The position numbers were made by a program, and so were the translations under genes. Shown in pieces: positions 35,954 to 44,388 of a stretch of 64,000 nt of DNA. Source of the DNA: an uncultured Coxiellaceae bacterium (GTDB lineage Bacteria; Pseudomonadota; Gammaproteobacteria; DSM-16500). The stretch's first letter is position 1. Each line of letters begins with the position of its first letter. A model generated the notes under the pieces. It had not been told where the DNA came from. It searched no databases and saw only the letters and a list, made by a program, of their open reading frames with translations. The DNA lies in the NCBI GenBank assembly GCA_964449835.1, contig CAYVBZ010000002.1:6837-70836 (forward strand), given 5' to 3'.

Positions 35954-36895
35954 TCAAGCCACGATTCTTGCGCGTTGTTCTGGCATTTTTGCGAGAACAC
36001 GGGCAGCAATTTGCTCGGCTTCGAGGCCGTATTTCACCTGCGCGTATTTTTGGCTGCCAATTTCATGCATGAATTCATCCGGTGTTCCGAGACTCAGATG
36101 AGGAATTTGCGCTTCATCTCGTGAACGCCATTCAGCCACCGCGCCGCCTAGACCGCCAATGCAATTGTGTTCTTCAATGGTCACGAGCAATTTAAAGCGG
36201 GAATTGGCTTTCTGCAGATAAACTGTGTCCAGTGGTTTAATGCTGTGAAAGGAAACCACTTCGGCGGAAATGCCATGGTCTTTTAAAATATCCGCGGCTT
36301 TCAGCACTTCCGGCATGATGATGCCGGCACTAAGCAAAGCCACATCGACGCCTTCGCGTACCACCAGGCTTTCGCCGATGCAAAGCTGCGGTCTTTCTTG
36401 ATGAATTTTGGGCTCCCCTTTTTTGCCGATGCGAATATAAACGGGCCTCTCTTGCTGCAGCGCTGCACGCAGCATTAAATCAAGCTCAACCGCATCACAA
36501 GGCGCTAAGACACACATACCTGGCAGCGTCCGTAAAATAGCCATATCTTCCAAGGAATGGTGCGTAGGACCGAGTTCTGCATAAGACAAGCCTGAACCGG
36601 TGCCCACAATAATCACAGGCGCCTGATGATAACAAACATCCACGCGAATCTGCTCAAAACAACGGGTGGTGGTGAAAGGCGTAATGGTGTAAATCACCGG
36701 CCTGAGTCCATTCAAAGCCATGCCGGCCGCAACGCCCATCATATTGGCCTCGGCCACCCCGCAATTATAAAACCGGGCGGCATCCACTTTTTTGAAATTG
36801 TCGAATAACTTATTGCCAATATCGCCCGAAAGCAAAACGACACGCGGGTCTTCTTGGGCTAATTGGGTCAGTGTGTCTGCAAACGCATTTCTCAT
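35954..36895 (-). CDS. transketolase, C-terminal (pyrimidine-binding) subunit of a split enzyme
   Basis: FYNCGVAEANMMGVAAGMALNGLRPV pyrimidine-binding motif. 313 aa. 4-nt overlap with the N-terminal subunit gene. Confidence 0.85.
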   Translation of the reverse strand: MRNAFADTLTQLAQEDPRVVLLSGDIGNKLFDNFKKVDAARFYNCGVAEANMMGVAAGMALNGLRPVIYTITPFTTTRCFEQIRVDVCYHQAPVIIVGTGSGLSYAELGPTHHSLEDMAILRTLPGMCVLAPCDAVELDLMLRAALQQERPVYIRIGKKGEPKIHQERPQLCIGESLVVREGVDVALLSAGIIMPEVLKAADILKDHGISAEVVSFHSIKPLDTVYLQKANSRFKLLVTIEEHNCIGGLGGAVAEWRSRDEAQIPHLSLGTPDEFMHEIGSQKYAQVKYGLEAEQIAARVLAKMPEQRARIVA

Positions 36896-37716
36896 GTTCC
36901 AGTCTCCAATTCACGCTCCGCCGCTTCAACTTCCGCCGCATTCGGAATACGGTAATGCCAATTATTATCATCTTCCATAAAAGAAACGCCCTTCCCTTTC
37001 ACAGTGTGGGCGATAATGGCCGTCGGTTTGCCGTTTGCGGCAGGAAAGCTTTTCAAGGCATCCAAGAGCTCTTCTATGTTGTGGCCGTCGATCTCGCAGG
37101 CATTCCAGCCAAAGGCACGCCATTTTTCGGCGAGCGGCTCAAGTGACATGACTTCACAACTGCGTCCGGTGGCCTGCCATTTATTAAAGTCGATGATGGC
37201 GCAGAGCTTTGACACTTTTTGGGACGAAGCCAATAGAGCAGCCTCCCATACAGAGCCTTCATTGCATTCACCATCACTCAGGACCGCATAGACGCGATAA
37301 TCTTTCTGGTGGATCCGCCCAGCAAGCGCCATGCCTAAGCCCATGGGAAAGCCATGGCCCAGGGAACCCGTTGCAGCCTCAATACCTGGTAATTGTTCCG
37401 GTGCGGGAGGATGTTCGGCAAACAAGCCACCGTCTTCACCATAGGTCTCTAGCAAGCTTTCCGGATAAAATCCGCGCATAGCCAGAACTTGAAAGAGCGC
37501 TGGCGCCCCGTGTCCCTTGCTGAGAACAAGGCGGTCGCGGTCAGGATCTCGCGGCTTCTTCGGATCAAGACGCAGCACAGAAAAATACAGCGCTGTTAGA
37601 ATATCCACGCAAGACAGGCAAGAACCCAAATGTGGAATCGAGGCCTGGTGCGAAGTTTTGATGATGCGCCCCCGCAATTTGCGGGCAATGGCTTCCAGCT
37701 CTTTAATCGTCGTCAT
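36892..37716 (-). CDS. transketolase, N-terminal (ThDP/PP-binding) subunit of a split enzyme
   Basis: PHLGSCLSCVDILTALYF, LSKGHGAPALF and GSLGHGFPMGLGMA...LSDGECNEGSVWEA (ThDP motif). I chose the start at 37716 (MTTIKELE...); the listed 37974 start runs through the upstream gene. Confidence 0.85.
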   Translation of the reverse strand: MTTIKELEAIARKLRGRIIKTSHQASIPHLGSCLSCVDILTALYFSVLRLDPKKPRDPDRDRLVLSKGHGAPALFQVLAMRGFYPESLLETYGEDGGLFAEHPPAPEQLPGIEAATGSLGHGFPMGLGMALAGRIHQKDYRVYAVLSDGECNEGSVWEAALLASSQKVSKLCAIIDFNKWQATGRSCEVMSLEPLAEKWRAFGWNACEIDGHNIEELLDALKSFPAANGKPTAIIAHTVKGKGVSFMEDDNNWHYRIPNAAEVEAAERELETGT

Positions 37717-37720
37717 CTCA

Positions 37721-38707
37721 TTAAGCCTTATGAATATAGTCATAGGGTTGCCCTTTGAGCATTTCAAAGTGCTTATGGACCCAGGCAATACAATCATCAA
37801 GCCCTTGGTCCAGGCTGACCTGGTCCTGCCAGCCCAATTCTTTGCGCAATTTGCCGCTGTCCAGTTGATAAGCCGCGTCTTTGCCGAGGCGTTCACCCAC
37901 AACTTCCACATAGTCCTCGAAGGGCACCTCCAACTTCTTACAAATCCGTTCAACCAGTTCGCGGATAGAAACAATTTCCTGGGTAGAAATATGATAAGTG
38001 TCGCCGTTCACGCCCTTTTCCATAATGCGCCAGGTGGCCTCGGAAACATCTTTCATATGAATGAAGGAGCGGGTGGAGACACCCCCGCCATGCAACTGGA
38101 GTTTTCTCCCCAAAAGAATAAACAAAATCGTGCGCGGAATGATGCGATAGAGCTGCTGGCCTGGCCCATAGACATTCGCCGCGCGCGTTGTGACTACGGG
38201 AAAATTGTAGGCGTTGTGAAAGGTGCGCAGACTCAGGTCAGCCGCGGCGCGGGACACGGCGTAAGGCGTGCTGGGGTTTAAGGGATAATCTTCCCTCACA
38301 AAACCCGAACAAGAACCGTAGACTTCCGGCGTCGAAACATGCACATAGTGCTGGATAAAGTCATATTTGCGCAATTCATCATGCAGTTTGATGGTGGACA
38401 CCGTATTGGTTTGAAACCAATCACCAGGCGCGCGCCAACTTTCAGCCACCATGCTTTGCGCCGCGAAATTGATAACATAAGCCGGTTTAAATTTTTGAAT
38501 CAAGTCCATCATTTCCGGCAAATGTGCATTTAAGTCCATTTGATGGAAGGTGAACTGCTTTCGGGGACGCCACTTATAGGGCAAAAGAGCGTCGACGGGC
38601 TCCGCTGAACGGCTGGTGCCAATGACTTCCACCCCATGGTCCAGGGCAAAATCAACAAAGCTTGAGCCGGAAAAGGAATTGCTGCCAATCACAAATAACT
38701 TATGCAC
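37721..38707 (-). CDS. extended SDR, NDP-sugar 4,6-dehydratase/epimerase-like, with atypical YxxxR in place of YxxxK
   Basis: VIGSNSFSGSSF Rossmann motif. STPYAVSRAAADL occupies the position where the family has SPYSASKAA. I chose the GTG at 38707, 6 nt after AAGGAG; the listed start is a TTG at 38722. Confidence 0.75.
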   Translation of the reverse strand: MHKLFVIGSNSFSGSSFVDFALDHGVEVIGTSRSAEPVDALLPYKWRPRKQFTFHQMDLNAHLPEMMDLIQKFKPAYVINFAAQSMVAESWRAPGDWFQTNTVSTIKLHDELRKYDFIQHYVHVSTPEVYGSCSGFVREDYPLNPSTPYAVSRAAADLSLRTFHNAYNFPVVTTRAANVYGPGQQLYRIIPRTILFILLGRKLQLHGGGVSTRSFIHMKDVSEATWRIMEKGVNGDTYHISTQEIVSIRELVERICKKLEVPFEDYVEVVGERLGKDAAYQLDSGKLRKELGWQDQVSLDQGLDDCIAWVHKHFEMLKGQPYDYIHKA

Positions 38708-39293
38708 AAGAAACTCCTTCAACTAATTCCACATGAGGCCTATTTTCATAGCACCATTGCATGAGCATATGGCCCACGATCAATTGCAGATCTTCTGCAA
38801 TTTGCATGTCATCCACTGGAAAATGTACGGCGACATCGGCCAGATCTTTGCTGCGCCCGCCAGAATAACCCAAGATAGCGTAGGATTTCACCCTCATGGA
38901 CTTAGCCTGCTGCAGAGCGGCGAGAATATTGGGTGAATTGCCGCTGCCGGAAAGCACAAGCAGCAAATCGCCGGGTTCCGCTTGAACGGCCAGTTGCTCA
39001 GAATAGATGCGGTCATAGCCGACGTCGTTTGCAAGACAAGTCAGGACAGCGGGATTGGCTGAGAGAGCATGTATGCGCATGCCGCCGCCAACACGCTTAG
39101 CGATGCCATAGATAAAGTCGTTGGCAAGGTGCATGGCGTTGCCGGCACTGCCGCCATTGCCGCAAATAAAAATTTGCTTTTTATGGATCCAGCAGTGATA
39201 GAGGTCTTGCGCCAACTGGGCCACCGGCTCCCAATCCGCTTGCGCCAGCACTTCTTGCAAGCGCTTCGCATAGTTCGAGAAAAATGCTTTCAT
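38700..39293 (-). CDS. SIS-domain sugar-phosphate isomerase, GmhA-like (second copy)
   Basis: IFICGNGGSAGNAMHLANDF. ATG at 39293 is preceded by AAGGAAA. Confidence 0.8.
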   Translation of the reverse strand: MKAFFSNYAKRLQEVLAQADWEPVAQLAQDLYHCWIHKKQIFICGNGGSAGNAMHLANDFIYGIAKRVGGGMRIHALSANPAVLTCLANDVGYDRIYSEQLAVQAEPGDLLLVLSGSGNSPNILAALQQAKSMRVKSYAILGYSGGRSKDLADVAVHFPVDDMQIAEDLQLIVGHMLMQWCYENRPHVELVEGVSCA

Positions 39294-39303
39294 GAGACTT
39301 TCC

Positions 39304-40239
39304 TTATACAACGTTTTTTTGCATCCACTTCAGATTATAAAAATGTTCTTCATTTTTGAGGAGGCCAGCGCGGTAGTGTTCGACCATTTCCTGGATGGCG
39401 TCCTTGACCTTTTTCTTAGGCTTGAAGCCGGCTTTCAGAATTTTGTCTGAATTGACACGATAGGAACGCGGATCGTTTGAGGCCGTGACAGAAATTTCCG
39501 CGGGCACGTACTCGGTGACCATTTTGGCGATCTCCAGGATCGAGATATTTTCAAAACCGGCATTAAAGATACCTGTCGCCTCGGGATGATCTAAAAGGAA
39601 AAGATAGGCGTCGGTGATGTCATCGATATGAATATTCGGCCTGACCTGATTGCCGCCGAAAACCGTGATTTTGCCGGCGGTGAGCGCCTGCATGGTCAGC
39701 ATGTTGACGGAAACGTCGAGACGCATGCGGGGTGAATAACCGCAGACCGTGGCCGGGCGGACCATTTGCACGACCATGTCGTTCTGGTAGCTCATCAGGA
39801 CGCGCTCGGAGACCATTTTAGTCTTGTTATAAGCAGAAATCGGGTCCAATTCCAGGTCTTCCGTCACCTGTTCTTCTTCCTTAACGCCATAGACGGAGCC
39901 TGAGGAGGCATAGATGAAGCGCTTAATGCCCTGGCGCTTGGCTTTATCGGCAAGCTGCATCGTGGCGAGTGCGCTGACTTCCCAAGTCAATTGAGGGTTT
40001 AGGTCGCCGCAGGGATCATTGGCCACGGAAGAAAGATGAATAATGCAGTCCACGCCCTGAAGCGGGACCTTGTTCAGGTCACGGATATCCCCTTTCATGA
40101 CTTGCAGTTTGGGATGGGGTTGATGGAAATTACCGAACCATTGGGTATCGAAGGCGACCACCTCGTAGCCGCGATCTAAAAGTTTTGGGACAAGAACGTG
40201 GCCTTTGTAGCCGCAACCGCCGGTGACTAAAACTTTCAT
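39304..40239 (-). CDS. NAD-dependent nucleotide-sugar epimerase/dehydratase (extended SDR)
   Basis: VLVTGGCGYKGHVL Rossmann motif and YNKTK catalytic YxxxK. Confidence 0.8.
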   Translation of the reverse strand: MKVLVTGGCGYKGHVLVPKLLDRGYEVVAFDTQWFGNFHQPHPKLQVMKGDIRDLNKVPLQGVDCIIHLSSVANDPCGDLNPQLTWEVSALATMQLADKAKRQGIKRFIYASSGSVYGVKEEEQVTEDLELDPISAYNKTKMVSERVLMSYQNDMVVQMVRPATVCGYSPRMRLDVSVNMLTMQALTAGKITVFGGNQVRPNIHIDDITDAYLFLLDHPEATGIFNAGFENISILEIAKMVTEYVPAEISVTASNDPRSYRVNSDKILKAGFKPKKKVKDAIQEMVEHYRAGLLKNEEHFYNLKWMQKNVV

Positions 40240-40258
40240 GCTGTACCTCTTATTATAG

Positions 40259-40960
40259 TTAATAGGGACGAAATTCTAACTCTGCCTGTTTTAAACTGTC
40301 CACCGTGCCGATATCGCGATGATAATCGTCATTATGAAAAGCCTGCATTTTGCCCAGAAAATGGGGAAGGACTTCCGTGCTGAGATCAATGACCTCTTTG
40401 CGAAGCGTTGCTAAAAACGAAATGACACTGGGTTCTACGAGATAAACTGCCGCGTTAGCGCAGATACCAGGCGGTCGAGCAACTTTTTCGTGAAAAGCGA
40501 CCACCCTGCCCTGCGCGTCCTGCTCGACGATGCCGCAGCTTTTGGGCGTGTCGGTGTCGAAAGTCATCATGGTGATTTCAACGCCGGGTTGACGTTGCTC
40601 ATGGGCTTGGATAAAAGCCCCAACGTCAAAGCGCGTCAGATTGTCGGCATGCGCTAAAATAAAAGGCCCTTCTTCTAAAAAATCTCGGTTCTTGAGCACA
40701 GTGCCGCCTGTGCCCAGCAATTGATCTTCATGCACCAAATGGAGCCGCTCGCACCAATGCGAGTTGCGTACAAAATTTCTGACAGCCTCGGGCAAATAAT
40801 GGGTATTCACCAGAATTTGATCAACATGATCAGGCAGTAACAGGTCCAGCCAATATTCCATTAAGGGTTTGCCATGGACTGGCGCCAGGCATTTAGGCAG
40901 GGTATCCGTTAAAGGCCGTAGACGAGTTCCTAGCCCTGCCGCCAGTAACACTGCTTTCAT
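40259..40960 (-). CDS. sugar-1-phosphate nucleotidyltransferase
   Basis: MKAVLLAAGLGTRLRPLTDTLPKCL signature. 4-nt overlap with the upstream gene. Confidence 0.8.
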   Translation of the reverse strand: MKAVLLAAGLGTRLRPLTDTLPKCLAPVHGKPLMEYWLDLLLPDHVDQILVNTHYLPEAVRNFVRNSHWCERLHLVHEDQLLGTGGTVLKNRDFLEEGPFILAHADNLTRFDVGAFIQAHEQRQPGVEITMMTFDTDTPKSCGIVEQDAQGRVVAFHEKVARPPGICANAAVYLVEPSVISFLATLRKEVIDLSTEVLPHFLGKMQAFHNDDYHRDIGTVDSLKQAELEFRPY

Positions 40961-42477
40961 AAACTGTTTAACTCCTGCAAGACCTCATTGGCAGTCAAAG
41001 GTAAATTGCCAATCCGTCCCACCTGACAAGCCGCCGCGATCGAACCGAGATAGGCGCTCTCCCAGATATCTGCTCCCGCAACAAGGGCCATAGCAGCACA
41101 GGTTAATAAGCAATCGCCGCCCCCGGCCACATCTTTGGGCGCAGCGTTTAAAGCGGGCAAGCGATCAATATGAATACCGCTGCGTGTATTGTCCGAAGTC
41201 TGAATCAGCAAGCCTTCCGCACCCAAAGTGATCAGCACATGCTTCGCGCCGGCTTTTTTCTGCAAGCCTTCAGCGAGAACACCAAGACCGGAACCGGTCC
41301 CTTCTCGCACCGCCAAACGCGCCTCATGTTCAGTTGGGGTAATAAGCAGCATACCCTGAAAGCGGGAAACATCTCCGACCTGGGAAGAAGACTGGCTGTC
41401 CGCCACCATTGGAATATTATATTGATTGCAGAGCGAAGTTGCCGCATCCACCAAGGAGGGCGACAAACAGCCATAATTAAAATCGGAAAAAATAACAAGA
41501 TCAGCGTCCTGAATGGTTTTGGCTAATTCATTGCGCAGCTTCTTGACCAACTCCTGGCCGATTTGATGATGGCGCAGCTGTGAAACACGCAGCAAGGTTT
41601 TATTGTCGGCACGAAAACGTTGCTTCAAGGTCGTCGGCCGGCTCTTGTCTTTAATGAGATTGGCTTCGACTTGATAAGCCTGCAAAGCATCGCGCGCGAA
41701 TTTAGCAGCTTCATCTTCCCCAACAACGCTGAAGTAATTCACGTGGGCGCCCAGACTGCGCGCATGAGCAGCCACAATGCCGGCACCACCTAAAAAGAGG
41801 TCTTTTTTGATTGGCATGACGACGATGGTTGGATCTTCCTGGGACATGCCCAAGGGGTTGCAAGTGATATATTCATCCACAATGAGATCACCGAGGACAA
41901 CAACTTTAAGTTCGGCAAAACCATGCACCACTTCGGCCAATTTTTTGACGTCAAGTTGATGACGCTCGACAAAATCTGTCGGTTGGCGAATGGTGGAAAT
42001 ATTAACTTCTTTAAACTCTCGGCGCAAAAGATCCAGTGAGGAAAGCGAAGACTCACCGGAGGTGAACAAAAGTCTGCCGCCATAGCTCTCAACAACGGCC
42101 TGCTCTGGATTAAAATGTTGCTCGTGTTCCTTTCCCTTGACGACGATATCGGGTTTTAGGCAGGTAATCAGTTCTTCAACAGGACAGGGCAGCACAGCGG
42201 CATAATCCACACAGCCAATGGCACGCACGCCCTCTAAGCGCAAATTTTGTGGCAAGTGCGTTCCCGGCGTGAAATCAGGACTGAGGCCAACGACCAAAAA
42301 ATCCGCGCATTCCGCGGCAAAATTCAGCAAACTCAAATGCCCAGGGTGAACGATATTAAAATTTCCCGAGACAAAAGCCATGCGTTTGCCTTCCTTCATC
42401 TGGCTTTTAATTTCAGCGGTTAACCTCACAACCTCCGCAGCTTGCTCTTCCTTTAAGACAACTTGTCCTAAGCTCAT
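40957..42477 (-). CDS. bifunctional cytidylyl/adenylyltransferase-like + PfkB sugar kinase (HldE/RfaE-like domains in reversed order)
   Basis: N-terminal FVSGNFNIVHPGHLSLL (HxGH nucleotidyltransferase). C-terminal VVVLGDLIVDEYI..QEDPTIVV..GGAGIVA and DVAGGGD, which is PfkB and resembles the heptose-7-P kinase domain of RfaE. Confidence 0.75.
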   Translation of the reverse strand: MSLGQVVLKEEQAAEVVRLTAEIKSQMKEGKRMAFVSGNFNIVHPGHLSLLNFAAECADFLVVGLSPDFTPGTHLPQNLRLEGVRAIGCVDYAAVLPCPVEELITCLKPDIVVKGKEHEQHFNPEQAVVESYGGRLLFTSGESSLSSLDLLRREFKEVNISTIRQPTDFVERHQLDVKKLAEVVHGFAELKVVVLGDLIVDEYITCNPLGMSQEDPTIVVMPIKKDLFLGGAGIVAAHARSLGAHVNYFSVVGEDEAAKFARDALQAYQVEANLIKDKSRPTTLKQRFRADNKTLLRVSQLRHHQIGQELVKKLRNELAKTIQDADLVIFSDFNYGCLSPSLVDAATSLCNQYNIPMVADSQSSSQVGDVSRFQGMLLITPTEHEARLAVREGTGSGLGVLAEGLQKKAGAKHVLITLGAEGLLIQTSDNTRSGIHIDRLPALNAAPKDVAGGGDCLLTCAAMALVAGADIWESAYLGSIAAACQVGRIGNLPLTANEVLQELNSL

Positions 42478-42547
42478 GAATCGTAGTCCAATGATGGTTT
42501 ATATTATTTTTCCTGAGAAGGATTCTAAAACATTATTTACATCAAGG

Positions 42548-43162
42548 CTACAAGTTGGTCCCTTCCCGCAACGAAGTTGCGGGAAGGGACCCATAGAGGG
42601 CGGCTTCCACCAAAGCGCAAATAATATGGCCAAAAATGATATGTCCTTCTTGAATTTTGGATGTTTCAGAAGAGGGAATGTTTAAAACGAGATCACAACG
42701 CTCAGTCATCTGTGGCGCTGAGACGCCTGTAAAACCAATGGGGACCACTCCCTTCGCACGTGCAGCCTCCAAGGCTTTCAGCACATTCGCAGACTTTCCC
42801 GAAGTTGAAATGCCGATAAACAGGTCCCCTTCTCGCCCTAAGGCTTCAATCTGGCGGGCAAAAAGATAGTCAAAAGAATAATCATTCCCAATCGCTGTTA
42901 AAGCAGAAGTATCTGTGGTTAAAGCCATGCCAGCCATCGCTGGCCGATCTGCAGACAAACGGCAGACCAACTCTGCCGCCAAATGCTGGCTATCTGCGGC
43001 AGAGCCGCCATTGCCAGCGAATAAAATTTTTCCACCGTTGCGCAGCACTTGTGCACAACGGTCTGCAATTCTCTCAGCCGTCTTGAGCAAGCTCTCACTC
43101 GCTAGCATTTGGTCTAGCAAAGCCCGCGACTTGAGCAGTTCTTGCTTAATCAAAGCATACAT
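42548..43162 (-). CDS. gmhA: D-sedoheptulose-7-phosphate isomerase (SIS), most canonical of the three copies
   Basis: ILFAGNGGSAADSQHLAAEL, ISTSGKSANVL and the C-terminal QEGHIIFGHIIC. Confidence 0.75.
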   Translation of the reverse strand: MYALIKQELLKSRALLDQMLASESLLKTAERIADRCAQVLRNGGKILFAGNGGSAADSQHLAAELVCRLSADRPAMAGMALTTDTSALTAIGNDYSFDYLFARQIEALGREGDLFIGISTSGKSANVLKALEAARAKGVVPIGFTGVSAPQMTERCDLVLNIPSSETSKIQEGHIIFGHIICALVEAALYGSLPATSLREGTNL

Positions 43163-43175
43163 ACATTAAACTCGC

Positions 43176-44387
43176 TTACGTCAATTTTGACTGAATCAGG
43201 TCCACCACATAGTCCGCAAAGGGCAGGGCGCAAGTAAAAGCCGGCGACACCGCATTCAAAACATGCATGGACTTCTGATCGCCTTCCAAAATAAAGTCCA
43301 TTTCCAGCTTACGTGTCTGGGTATTTAAGAGTTGCGCCCGGATACCGGGTTTGCCCCAGGTTTTATAATTGCCTGGGTAAACTTCAGACACCAGCTCCGC
43401 GGCCCGCCTCGCCAAAACAGCGCGGCTATATTTTCTAAGCTCTTCAAAAGCGAGTTGTCTAAAATCAAAACCCGCATTCACAAACAAACCCAGTTCGCGC
43501 GTGAAAATTTGCCACAATTCCGAAAAACTAAATCCTGACAAACCGCTATAATGTTCGCGCCAAAAAGCCGGTATGGCCGTTGGACCAATTTTAACCTTGC
43601 CGTCCACGGTGAGCGTAAAGTGTACCCCAAGAAAGGGATTTCGTAAATCTGGGACGGGATAGATGTGCGTTTTTAAACTCTCTTGCAGATTGGAGGCATA
43701 AAGATACAAGCCTTTGAAAGGCAAAATTGTATAATTTTTGCAAAAGGAAAAATTTTTGGCAATCTGGTCGGCGTATAAACCAGCGGCATTCACCACATAC
43801 CCTGCCTCAAAAATATCACACTGGGTCTTGATGCGTTGTCCGCGATTGCTTAAATATTTTACGCCCAGTAAAACCTCCACCCCCTCAGCGCGGGCATCCA
43901 CTAACATTTGCTCGATGACCTGCTTAGGCGAAACCGTGGAAGTTGTCGGTGAAAAAAGCGCTTTTTCCCAGGTTTTCACGCGGGGTTCAATTTCTTGAGC
44001 TTCTTCTGCACTCAGCTCTTCCAATTGAATGCCATTTTGTTGACCACGCTGCAGCAGTTCATGGAGGCCGGCCAGCTCATTTTCATTGCGGGCCACGACC
44101 AATTTCCCGCAGCGGTCCAAAGGGAGTTTTTTTTCTATGCAGTATTCTGTCAGCCTGCGATTGCCGTCACGGGTAAATTTGGCCTTGAGGCTATCTTTGG
44201 TGTAGTAAAATCCCGCATGCAAAACACCGCTATTGCGTCCGCTGGCGTGTTCGCCAATGTGTGCTTCTTTTTCCAGCACAAGAACCTGACAGTCGCGATA
44301 ACGGGACTTTAGGGTACGCGCAATGCTTAAACCAACGATGCCGCCGCCAATAATGATAAAGTCGGCTGTTTGCTGGGCTTTTGGCAT
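43176..44387 (-). CDS. FAD-dependent oxidoreductase, L-2-hydroxyglutarate oxidase (LhgO)-like
   Basis: DFIIIGGGIVGLSIA FAD motif and HASGRNSGVLHAGFYY. ATG at 44387 lies 1 nt after the upstream stop; the listed 44453 start overlaps the kinase gene. Confidence 0.7.
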   Translation of the reverse strand: MPKAQQTADFIIIGGGIVGLSIARTLKSRYRDCQVLVLEKEAHIGEHASGRNSGVLHAGFYYTKDSLKAKFTRDGNRRLTEYCIEKKLPLDRCGKLVVARNENELAGLHELLQRGQQNGIQLEELSAEEAQEIEPRVKTWEKALFSPTTSTVSPKQVIEQMLVDARAEGVEVLLGVKYLSNRGQRIKTQCDIFEAGYVVNAAGLYADQIAKNFSFCKNYTILPFKGLYLYASNLQESLKTHIYPVPDLRNPFLGVHFTLTVDGKVKIGPTAIPAFWREHYSGLSGFSFSELWQIFTRELGLFVNAGFDFRQLAFEELRKYSRAVLARRAAELVSEVYPGNYKTWGKPGIRAQLLNTQTRKLEMDFILEGDQKSMHVLNAVSPAFTCALPFADYVVDLIQSKLT

Positions 44388-44388
44388 C

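Noticed and set aside
37717-37974. N-terminal extension of the transketolase N-subunit ORF (listed start 37974)
   Set aside because: The extension runs through the 3' end of the upstream SDR gene in another frame and is Trp/Arg-rich nonsense. The conserved sequence begins at MTTIKELE (37716), 5 nt after the upstream stop.
37517-38281. 254-aa plus-strand ORF spanning the transketolase-N / SDR junction
   Set aside because: It is antisense to two well-supported genes, is Arg/Ser-rich and has no recognisable motifs or ribosome-binding site.
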